This document shows, one piece after another, positions 37,466-45,490 of a stretch of 57,062 nucleotides of DNA; the first letter of the stretch is position 1, and each line of letters opens with the position of its first letter. Both the position numbers and the translations under genes were made by a program. The notes below the pieces were generated by a model, which was not told the DNA's origin, did not search any database, and was given only the letters and a program-made list of their open reading frames with translations. The DNA is taken from positions 1-57,062 of IMG/VR virus record IMGVR_UViG_2554235497_000003; one strand, given 5' to 3'. Source of the DNA: a virus.

Positions 37466-38061
37466 TGTATTTGAGAAATCGAATCTTCAGAAACATAAGT
37501 GAAATCCCCTAACTCTGTTTCATTTATCACATTTCCATCAACATCTCTAGTCTTACGTACAGGATATTGTAAGAGTAAATCTTTACCATCTGGCTCAAGA
37601 TCAATAACATTGATTTCGCCCCAAATTTCATCACCAGAATGTGTGATTACTGTCACTTGAGTGGGTTCTATTCGATTCTCGTCAGCAAGTTCCCAAACAG
37701 GAGGATCACGAACGTCATCATCCCCATGAATGAGTTTATAGAAAATCTTTCCAGAAACTAATCCAAGTCCCCCTGCAACAGCAACCGAAAAAATATAGAT
37801 TACAGCCAACACTGGTAATTCTGTCTGTTCAAGAGTTGGTTGCCAAATATGTCCTTCAAGAAGATAAACAGCGAATACAATTAATGAAATCACAATTGTG
37901 AAGGAAATGCCGCTACCGATAACCGTATAGACGCTCTTATCAAACGAGCTATGTTCTCTCCTAATCACAGCTATCTTCTTACAAATTTTGTATGATAAAA
38001 ACCCAGGGGTTAGTAGCAGTATTGCGGCGATGAGGCCGAACGATTCAACGGGGACGACCAT
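37441..38061 (-). CDS. DUF6338-like membrane protein, AT-rich cargo
   Basis: LL.PGFL.Y start, three TM helices, PPVWE and a soluble beta C-terminus. Confidence 0.68.
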   Translation of the reverse strand: MVVPVESFGLIAAILLLTPGFLSYKICKKIAVIRREHSSFDKSVYTVIGSGISFTIVISLIVFAVYLLEGHIWQPTLEQTELPVLAVIYIFSVAVAGGLGLVSGKIFYKLIHGDDDVRDPPVWELADENRIEPTQVTVITHSGDEIWGEINVIDLEPDGKDLLLQYPVRKTRDVDGNVINETELGDFTYVSEDSISQIHYETEIDI

Positions 38062-38505
38062 CTTCAGTCGTCGCTATTAGACTTCTTCTCCGCCTCGCCT
38101 TGTAGCTCGCTACATGACACTTCTCGTGGATCGAAAGATGAAGTTTTCGAGACTCTCGAGTTCTGACTAATATGCTCTAGCCATTTTTCATCTTTTTTAA
38201 AGCTTTCATCACTCATCAGAACTACTTCCTCCATCGTCGCGTCGCGGATCACGATCCGATGTCTCTGAAACCCTAGATTTTCGTCTCTCTTCTCGTTTTC
38301 CTTTACGACGGTTATTCTCACTGGTGTTTTTGTCGTCGGTCATACTCTCAGGTGTCCTGCGGGGTCGTAGGACGCGCCCGTGTACGCTCCGACCCTTATC
38401 TTCGTATGCCGCGCATCAGACTTAATGATTATGAGAGGGAACTGAAAGTGAAATCTTTGAAGCTATTCACGAACTATCTTTCATAGTGTGATTGCGCCAG
38501 TGAGG

Positions 38506-38949
38506 TCATATATAAATTGATGTGTATGAATTATACCAGCGATCGAGAGTTCCAATAGTCTCTTCCTCACCGAGTTGTCGATTACCTGCCCAGACGAAGT
38601 CGGCATTGTGATACGACGACCAGTTCTCGATCGTCCCCATGACGCTGTTGGGATGGACCTTCCGATCGTAGTTCCAGTTCAGCACCGTCTGCACGTCAGC
38701 CTCGATAACGACGACGAAGCCGAGCAGCTCGTCAGCACGAACGATCTCGTTCTTGAAGCGGTCTCGATCCCACGTAATCGACTTGAGTAGATCGGACAGC
38801 GACTTCCGTTCAACGGCAAACACGTCCTCGTATCCTTCGACCGTGTAGTCGCCAGTATCCAGCTTCTTCGTGACCACATCGTAGCCATCGAAGCTGTACG
38901 GCTTCTTCTCTCGAGAGTCTCTGACGATCGTGTACTCACTGACTGTCAT
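38506..38949 (-). CDS. ERCC4/XPF-family nuclease
   Basis: IVRDSREK, LDTGDY, AVERKSLSDL motifs. Confidence 0.9.
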   Translation of the reverse strand: MTVSEYTIVRDSREKKPYSFDGYDVVTKKLDTGDYTVEGYEDVFAVERKSLSDLLKSITWDRDRFKNEIVRADELLGFVVVIEADVQTVLNWNYDRKVHPNSVMGTIENWSSYHNADFVWAGNRQLGEEETIGTLDRWYNSYTSIYI

Positions 38950-39425
38950 TCAAGTGCTCGGATGACGCGATTGTAGCAGGCGGCGACAACGTTTTTGCGC
39001 TCACCAAGTCCCTCGACGAAATCGACGAAGAGGGAATCGTTGTTCTCGAGTTTCCGGTACGGGTGATACATCCGACCGTCATCTCGGCAGACGTAAGCAC
39101 AGACACAGACAGCGATCAGTGCTGCACTGTGCCCGAGAGCGTTCAGATTGAGCGAGTCGAAGAGTCCTCGACCTCGACGCTTCTGGTAGTTCGTTAGCTC
39201 GAGTTGGCTCGAGATGGCATCATACAGTGCGAGGTTATCGAGGCGTCGAAGTTCCGTTTTATCGGCCCAGTAGCCGTTCCAGACGCCGGAGTTGTATCCG
39301 TGGAATCGTTTGAACTTCGCTCGGTGTTCAAACGGAGCTTCCTCAGCGTGGAAGTGAGTCGCATTTTGGGTATCGGGTGAGATGATCGGTTCTTCTGCCG
39401 CTTCGTCATACTCATCGAATTGCAT
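38946..39425 (-). CDS. Cyclin-fold (TFB C-terminal-like) protein
   Basis: AISSQLELTNYQKRRG..LF..LNL..LG...ALIAVCV helical pattern. Confidence 0.5.
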   Translation of the reverse strand: MQFDEYDEAAEEPIISPDTQNATHFHAEEAPFEHRAKFKRFHGYNSGVWNGYWADKTELRRLDNLALYDAISSQLELTNYQKRRGRGLFDSLNLNALGHSAALIAVCVCAYVCRDDGRMYHPYRKLENNDSLFVDFVEGLGERKNVVAACYNRVIRALE

Positions 39426-39485
39426 AGTAGATCAGAGCCGCAACAAGACAGAGAGAGCGTGCGAGCGTGCCAGAAAGACACCAAC

Positions 39486-39730
39486 AAGTGTAACCAATAA
39501 GTGTAACTAAGAAGTGTAACCTATAGAGAACTATAGGCTGTAACCTATTGGCTGTAACTTACTACACCAATCAGTGTACCTATCTGGAGTAGCTAAGTAG
39601 AGTTCTTAGTTACAGCTATCTAGTGGGCGGAACGCCACCAGACTAGGGAATATACCTACTATGGTGAGCTTCCGCCCAACAGCAACTGACTAATCACTCT
39701 CTGTAACTCCTCAGTTACAGTGTGTGTCAC
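39486..39730. repeat. Iteron/operator-like TGTAAC array
   Basis: AAGTGTAAC at 39486, 39499, 39512; GGCTGTAAC at 39536, 39550; inverted copy at 39609; CTGTAACT/AGTTACAG palindrome at 39711-39730. Confidence 0.75.
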
Positions 39731-39815
39731 TACTCAGTGGAAGTCCTCAGTTTCCACTGTTTAGTGTTTGTTCGTTCGGCTCGCTGTTCTCCCCTGTAGC
39801 TTCGCTACACAACAG

Positions 39816-39832
39816 CTTAAGCCTTTCCTATA
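39816..39832 (-). promoter_or_regulatory. Viral promoter motif TATAGGAAAGGCTTAAG
   Basis: Matches the + strand copies at 42086 and 47987. Confidence 0.5.
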
Positions 39833-39882
39833 AACCCTTTCTTAGTGTAGCGTATTGACTAAACAGCGAGTCGGACATTAAT

Positions 39883-40431
39883 ATGGAACAAGTTAGCACA
39901 CCAGATTCGAAACACGAAAGATGGCAAGAGAAGTATAGACAGCTAGTGACAGAGTACGAAGCGATGGGTCTCTACGTTGCCGGAGTGATCGATGGCGGAA
40001 GCGCCATCACAGTCGTTGTCGGCAAGGATTCGAAGGCCCGTCTTGGATACCACATCACGCCGACGATCTCCCTACGGCGGCGGAACCCAGCCATCCTACA
40101 GGTGATCGATGAGTGGGCAACAGAGCACGGTATTCGCGGTAGCATCATCGAGAAGAACGACTCGCTCGAGTGGAAGCTACAAAGTCGTGATGACGTTCGC
40201 GAGTTCTTAGAGTTGCTCGAGCCGTACCTAATCGTCCACGATAACACGGCGCAACTCATCCTGAACGAAGTTCTGCCACGTCTCGATGAGGGAACCCATC
40301 GAACGAAAGACGGCTTCCTCGAGACGATCGAGTACGCCGATATGGTTCGAGAGGCAACCAGTGGTAGCACGCCGAAGTACAACGCAGAGTACTTCGAAGA
40401 GCTGTGGTCTGAAGAGCTTAGTAGTGGGTAG
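39883..40431 (+). CDS. Single-motif LAGLIDADG-family protein, probably nuclease-dead
   Basis: YVAGVIDGGS, FLELLEPYL. Confidence 0.78.
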   Translation: MEQVSTPDSKHERWQEKYRQLVTEYEAMGLYVAGVIDGGSAITVVVGKDSKARLGYHITPTISLRRRNPAILQVIDEWATEHGIRGSIIEKNDSLEWKLQSRDDVREFLELLEPYLIVHDNTAQLILNEVLPRLDEGTHRTKDGFLETIEYADMVREATSGSTPKYNAEYFEELWSEELSSG

Positions 40432-40593
40432 GAGTGCGATTTCTTTGATCAGAATTATATCTGAAAGCGAATCATAGCGACACGGATATGTGAATCTACA
40501 GCTCAATCTCCAAGTGGATGAAGCTAGCGAGAAGGATTTCCACATCCGAAATGAGTTACAAGCCGATTTTGGAACGGATGTGGATTTAGACGA

Positions 40594-40854
40594 CTAGCTG
40601 TCTTCGCTAAGCCGCTCCATGGTATCTCCCTTATTGCCCAAACGAATTTGATTAGGCCCAACTGTAACAACCACACCAGCATATTTGAACTGAACCACAA
40701 CATCAGAGTCTGCGCTTACCAGTGAATCCAAGGCATCAGGTTCGATAAACTCATAAATTGGTTCCATCTCTTCATGTTGGACCCCTTTGTAGTCAGCAAC
40801 AGCTTGGACAACAGCGGTAGCTGTGGGTTCGTCGCTGTCAGTTTGGTATTCCAT
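40594..40854 (-). CDS. HalOD1 output-domain protein
   Basis: AVVQAVA..GV...EMEPIYEFIEPDALDSL...F.YAG..VTV. Confidence 0.85.
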   Translation of the reverse strand: MEYQTDSDEPTATAVVQAVADYKGVQHEEMEPIYEFIEPDALDSLVSADSDVVVQFKYAGVVVTVGPNQIRLGNKGDTMERLSEDS

Positions 40855-41020
40855 TGTGGTACATGGGCGAAATGGAGGAATCCCCCATATCCCCCGAGTG
40901 GAGGTAATGACCTGACCCATATAACGTTGCCGGATAAATCAATAAGCCAACTATTTATGTACATAAACAACATAATGTCTAAAAAAGTGCTTCTGACAAT
41001 CTTGCGTTGCCCTTGGCACG

Positions 41021-41203
41021 ATGACGAAGAAGACTGTGAAGGTGCGTGGGCGGAAAGGTACTGCGACGATGGATATCTCTATTCCAGCATCTGTAACTCG
41101 AGAGCATGATATCGAGCGTGGGGACGTGTTCGCTATTGAGACTGAGGAGGATGATAAGGGAAGGATTGTACTGAAATATACTAGAGTCTACAATGGAGAC
41201 TAA
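41021..41203 (+). CDS. AbrB/MazE/SpoVT-like DNA-binding protein
   Basis: ISIPASVTREHDIERGD motif. Confidence 0.82.
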   Translation: MTKKTVKVRGRKGTATMDISIPASVTREHDIERGDVFAIETEEDDKGRIVLKYTRVYNGD

Positions 41204-41353
41204 CTCACTCTTCTCAGTTAATTTGTACGAGACTGTTATAGGAAAATTCACATATTCATCCACCGATTGATCACCGAACGGTAAGTACATCTTCTATACT
41301 GAACGCGAGTTTCACAACCTATTCTGAATGAAGAAGCCGTATTGCCACTACTG

Positions 41354-42022
41354 TTAGCGATACTTCGAGATCAGTGACCGAAGATCATCGGCACACTGCT
41401 CCCGTCCACGGCCTTCGTAGTGCGCTGCAAGCTCTACGAGATCAGGGATAGGCACTGCGTTGTCTGGTGCTTCCGCCTCACCAGAGAGCGCGTCAGCAGC
41501 TTCTGAGGAGGGCTTCTGTAAGATGGCTTCGTCCGTCCATCGTTTTGGATCGAGATCGAGGTCGTGCTCATCAGAGATGTCCTCGATCGTTTCTTCGTCA
41601 ACGTCTGGACCAGCGGGAATACGGACCCCGCTCGTCTCGACTTTCGCGTTCTTCGGGTGCGTATCGTCGTCGATTCTCCCGAGGTGCGTAGCAAGGCCGT
41701 GAGTGCCTTTGAAACGCTCACCACACCACTTGCAGAGCAGTAGCTCGTTGTTGAAGTCGATGCTACTCGGGTAGTTGACCGTCGTCTCTTCCTGGCCGAC
41801 GACCTCGAGATTCTCCTTATCTCGTTCCCATGTGTCGGGAAGGTCCTTGTGACCGCCGTGGGCCTCATCGCCTGACCGGTAGACATGGAGATAGAGACCA
41901 CGCGATCGTTTTTCGTCTTCACAGTACGGGCACTTGACGAGGTCCTCTTCGCCCGTATGTTGCTTGTAGCGCGGTTGAGAGTCTTCGCTCACAATACCTC
42001 TGTGTAACCGCTGAGCACTCAT
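41354..42022 (-). CDS. Double C2H2 zinc-finger protein (candidate regulator)
   Basis: CPYC..RGLYLHV...H and CKWC..HGLATH...H. Confidence 0.7.
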   Translation of the reverse strand: MSAQRLHRGIVSEDSQPRYKQHTGEEDLVKCPYCEDEKRSRGLYLHVYRSGDEAHGGHKDLPDTWERDKENLEVVGQEETTVNYPSSIDFNNELLLCKWCGERFKGTHGLATHLGRIDDDTHPKNAKVETSGVRIPAGPDVDEETIEDISDEHDLDLDPKRWTDEAILQKPSSEAADALSGEAEAPDNAVPIPDLVELAAHYEGRGREQCADDLRSLISKYR

Positions 42023-42076
42023 AAGTCTATCCTACAAGGAGAGACCTATGACACAGCGTATCCTATAATGCCATAA

Positions 42077-42101
42077 GAATCTCTTTATAGGAAATCTTTA
42101 T
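42077..42101 (+). promoter_or_regulatory. Viral promoter motif upstream of the tRNA-like array
   Basis: GAATCTC-TTTATA-GGAAATCTTTAT. Confidence 0.65.
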
Positions 42102-42136
42102 GAGGTCTACCGCGAATACTACAGGGGTGAAGGAAC

Positions 42137-42209
42137 GGGAGTCACGCAACTGGTGTTGCCCGTTCGGGTTCGATTCCCGACGTGGCCCTTCCGGGTTCGG
42201 AAAGCCCGG
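42137..42209 (+). ncRNA. tRNA-like element T3 plus 3' hairpin
   Basis: GTCACG/CGTGGC acceptor, CAAC-TGGT-GTTG, TCGGG-TTCGATT-CCCGA, then CCGGGT..GCCCGG. Confidence 0.75.
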
Positions 42210-42272
42210 CGGTTGTCCCACCGCATACTGGCCATCAACTCTTTAACACTAGTCTCAAATTTTCTACTAGAC

Positions 42273-42330
42273 GCCGTGAATGGCTCACGGGGGGTTCGAA
42301 TCCCTCACACGGTTTCCGGGCATTGCCCGG
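42273..42330 (+). ncRNA. tRNA-like element T4 plus 3' hairpin
   Basis: GCCGTG/CACGGT acceptor, A-TGGC-T, GGGGG-TTCGAAT-CCCTC, then CCGGGC-ATT-GCCCGG. Confidence 0.68.
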
Positions 42331-42407
42331 AGTGCCATCGTCGGCACTAACCACCACCGTAGTTACCGCTCGTTTGGGTTGACTTCCACCAGTCATCCCA
42401 TTTCCCT

Positions 42408-42495
42408 GTCTCGATTGGTTTGTAGCCAACAGCTCGGTGCAAGTCCGACTCGAGGCCTTCGGGTGATCGTCAAGAACTGAGAGAGTCTTCACCCC
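42408..42495 (+). ncRNA. tRNA-like element T7 plus 3' hairpin
   Basis: GTCTCGA/TCGAGGC acceptor, TTGGT-TTGTA-GCCAA, TCGG-TGCAAGT-CCGA, then GGGTGA...TCACCC. Confidence 0.62.
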
Positions 42496-42539
42496 ACCTG
42501 TATCGTCCATAAGAAAGACATAGTAAGAAAGTACTAGAC

Positions 42540-43550
42540 ATGAACTCGAAATACAGCAGCTACCAGACCGGAACCGGCAACACCAACAGCACCACCAGCA
42601 GCGGTGACGATGGATACGAACGCGATACGCAGCTCAAGTGGAAGCCGAACGCGACCTTCCGTGGCGTCCTCGACGCAGTTCACGCGGGGGACAACCAGTG
42701 GGGTCAGTCGATCGGTGTCAAATTCACGGACGGCAAGCTTGTCGATGGCGTTCTGATGGAGCGGTTGGACCGCGATACGAACGAGCCGGATGGAACGATC
42801 AAGCTCTTCGCGTGGGAGAATATGCCCGTGATCCTCGACGAGAGTCTATCGGCTGACGACGCTCCCGACGTATTCACCGAGGAGATCGTTGGAAAGACGT
42901 ACCGTTACCAGCTCGTTGGCGCTCGAGTGGAGGGCGACGAAGGGGCAGGTATCGAATCCGATCCCGCCGAGCCGATCGACTTCGGGGACTTCATCGTGTG
43001 GGAAGACGGCGGCAAGAAGCCGTCCTCGACTGCGAAGGTCCTCGCTCAGATGCTCACGACGCCAGGACGAGACGTAATCGTGGACAAGAACGACATCAAC
43101 AACTGGCTCGATGTGCAGAACGTGGAGTTACGCGAGGACCTGATCGGTCGTGAGGTGGACGTGTTCAAGGTCGTCAAACAGGGTGACAAGCACAAGTTCC
43201 ACAGCCCCGTCGTGATCGATGTGAAAACCGGAAAGCAGGTCATGATCGGAAACGGTGGCGGCAGCTCGTCGGCGGCGGAAGGCGGCCAACAGTCGGCGTC
43301 TCGCAGTCCTGCACCTGAAGAGTCTCCCGCTTCCGCCACTCCTGAGTCGGATACAAGCGGTGCTCCCTCTTCGGAGATCCCCGAACCCGTGTCCGACTTT
43401 GTGGAGTTCTGTCGCGATTTCGGGCTAACTGATGAGAGCCAGATTCTCGAGAACCTAAACGACATGGCTGAAGAGGCAGACAACTCCCTGACCCCTGAAA
43501 TGGTCGAAGAAGTCGGCACTGACGCGATCGTCGAGGCGATCGTCAACTAA
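42540..43550 (+). CDS. Replication-module protein (possible ssDNA-binding/annealing)
   Basis: Beta-rich N-terminal domain, flexible linker and acidic tail; first gene of the replication block. Confidence 0.5.
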   Translation: MNSKYSSYQTGTGNTNSTTSSGDDGYERDTQLKWKPNATFRGVLDAVHAGDNQWGQSIGVKFTDGKLVDGVLMERLDRDTNEPDGTIKLFAWENMPVILDESLSADDAPDVFTEEIVGKTYRYQLVGARVEGDEGAGIESDPAEPIDFGDFIVWEDGGKKPSSTAKVLAQMLTTPGRDVIVDKNDINNWLDVQNVELREDLIGREVDVFKVVKQGDKHKFHSPVVIDVKTGKQVMIGNGGGSSSAAEGGQQSASRSPAPEESPASATPESDTSGAPSSEIPEPVSDFVEFCRDFGLTDESQILENLNDMAEEADNSLTPEMVEEVGTDAIVEAIVN

Positions 43551-43567
43551 GCAGGTCCACCACCATC

Positions 43568-43786
43568 ATGAAACTCAAAGAGCACACCGTTAGCTACAGT
43601 CGTCGCGTGCAACTCGAGCGCTTCGAGCCGATCGAGGTCAGCGAGAGCGTGACCGTTGATCTCGAGGAAGGCGACGATCTGGAAGAGGTTTCGTCAGAAC
43701 TCGACGATCTCGTTCGAGAGAACGTTGAGCGCCGCGTTCTGAAGCGCGTCCTCTCGAAGAAGATGGAAGACGACGACGAAGAGTAG
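43568..43786 (+). CDS. Small acidic protein
   Basis: ORF in operon. Confidence 0.65.
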   Translation: MKLKEHTVSYSRRVQLERFEPIEVSESVTVDLEEGDDLEEVSSELDDLVRENVERRVLKRVLSKKMEDDDEE

Positions 43787-43813
43787 ACGACCGTTTTCCG
43801 TAGTCCTGGGGCG

Positions 43814-43847
43814 GCTGCCAGTTTGAAAGATGCATGAAACGAGTAGC
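43814..43847 (+). ncRNA. Conserved stem-loop motif, copy B
   Basis: GCTGC[CAGTTTGAAAGATGCATGAAACGA]GTAGC. Confidence 0.62.
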
Positions 43848-43883
43848 ATCGGCTCCGTGACGACGGAAATCCACCATCACAGA

Positions 43884-45383
43884 ATGTCCGAACTACACAC
43901 CCACGAAGAAACGCCTGAACTGTACGATGTACTCCGTGCAGCGCAAGATGCTGGTCTGGTAGGCGAAGAAGAGACTGCGCTCACGGTGTTCACTGCCATG
44001 ATCCGTGGCGGCCTGGTTATCATGCTTGGTCCGTCACGGGTTGGGAAAACGTTCACAGTACAGTGCATGAGCAAGCCGATCCCTGAGAACGACATTTACG
44101 AGATGAGTACGACTCTCTCACCGACCGCTCTCTACTACGCTGCTGATGAGATCAACAAATGCCGGGTTCACGTCTATCAGGACCTGGCGAGCTTACCAGA
44201 GCACGTCGAAGCGGTCCTGAAAGCGACTGCGGAGGGTCTTCCGGCCAGCAGGGAGATTACCGACGTTACCTCCGGTGAGACGATCCGTATGACGATCGAC
44301 CCACCAGACTGTATCATCGTCGGGATCGCAAGTGACAACGAAAGCGTTGACATCAACGACTTCCCCGAGCTGCGAAACCGGGGACTGATCGTGAGCAACG
44401 ACGCTTCGCAGGAACAGACCGAGCGTATCCTTGACCGGCAGGCCGACGAGATGAGCGGCCTGTACGAACGGCAACTCACCGATGAACAACTCGAGTGGAT
44501 TCAGGAGTATATCGGCTCGATCCCTGTGAGCCGCTACGCTCGAGAGGATTCACTGGGGTCCATCGAGAATATCCCCGGTGGCCGACCGCTACGCGAACAG
44601 GACCCGGTTCCGACGCATTTCACTGAGGCACGGGACGACTACAAGCGGCTGAACAAGTTCATCGAGAGCGTCTGTCTGTTCCACTACCAGGATCGTATGG
44701 AGATCATCCACGATGGCGCGCCGACGCTGCTCGTGACGCCGATCGACGTCTGGTACGGAATGAAGGTATTCGGTGAACAGATGATTATGTCGGCGCTGAA
44801 CCTGCGCGAGATCGATCTCGTGATCCTCGAGTTACTTCGCGAGGAGGCGACCGCGATGACCGTCTCGAAGATCCAGGCCGAGGTTCGCCAACGTGGACAG
44901 GGATACAATATCACCGATCGGGACGTTCACTCATCGCTCAAGTCGATGAAGACGAAGGCCTACGTCGATGTGAACCAGGCGGATAACCCGCAAACGTGGT
45001 ACGCGACAGGATTCGCCTCTGTCGTCGATCACCCTGCGGGGATCGATTACACGAAGCTCGTCGATCGCACCGAAGAGATCGCCCACGAGGTCCTCGAGCC
45101 TGAAATCGCAGAAGAGTATATCGAGCGCTACTGTCGCGGTGAAGGCTTGATCGCAACTGATCCGATCACGGGTGAGCAGGTCAACATCACCGAGGATACG
45201 AGCTTCCAAGAAGCGCTCGATGAGGCCGAAGAAGAAATCGAAGATGTCCTCAACACGCCACTGTGGGGCACAGATGAGAGCGCTGACGAGTCGGAAGGCA
45301 ACGAGGACGAAGAAGTAGAAATTCCTGTCGGTGACTTCGGAACCGTCGAGGGAAGCGAAGCGGGGCAGGGGACGTTGATGTGA
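43884..45383 (+). CDS. P-loop ATPase (AAA+/helicase-like) with probable C-terminal winged helix
   Basis: Walker A GPSRVGKT, VYQD Walker B-like, PELRNR Arg finger; upstream of primase. Confidence 0.75.
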   Translation: MSELHTHEETPELYDVLRAAQDAGLVGEEETALTVFTAMIRGGLVIMLGPSRVGKTFTVQCMSKPIPENDIYEMSTTLSPTALYYAADEINKCRVHVYQDLASLPEHVEAVLKATAEGLPASREITDVTSGETIRMTIDPPDCIIVGIASDNESVDINDFPELRNRGLIVSNDASQEQTERILDRQADEMSGLYERQLTDEQLEWIQEYIGSIPVSRYAREDSLGSIENIPGGRPLREQDPVPTHFTEARDDYKRLNKFIESVCLFHYQDRMEIIHDGAPTLLVTPIDVWYGMKVFGEQMIMSALNLREIDLVILELLREEATAMTVSKIQAEVRQRGQGYNITDRDVHSSLKSMKTKAYVDVNQADNPQTWYATGFASVVDHPAGIDYTKLVDRTEEIAHEVLEPEIAEEYIERYCRGEGLIATDPITGEQVNITEDTSFQEALDEAEEEIEDVLNTPLWGTDESADESEGNEDEEVEIPVGDFGTVEGSEAGQGTLM

Positions 45384-45490
45384 AGTGGTGCGAATACTGC
45401 CAGCGGCAAGTACTCGTGAAACGGAAGAAGACGGCGAAGTTCCGCGACGACGAGTTCCGTTGTGGCAACTGTCACAGATTGATAGAATGA
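45380..45490 (+). CDS. Small zinc-finger protein (36 aa)
   Basis: Read manually, GTG start: WCEYC...RCGNC. Confidence 0.45.
   Translation: MKWCEYCQRQVLVKRKKTAKFRDDEFRCGNCHRLIE

Noticed and set aside
39486-39580. CRISPR array
   Set aside because: Units are 9 bp with 4-5 bp gaps, far too short for repeat-spacer structure; no cas operon (the Cas4-like gene is a common solo viral nuclease).
31718-42495. Calling the tRNA-like elements true tRNA genes or an attB/attP tRNA fragment
   Set aside because: No anticodon arm, only ~45-55 nt, seven mutually divergent copies deep inside the provirus and far from the integrase.
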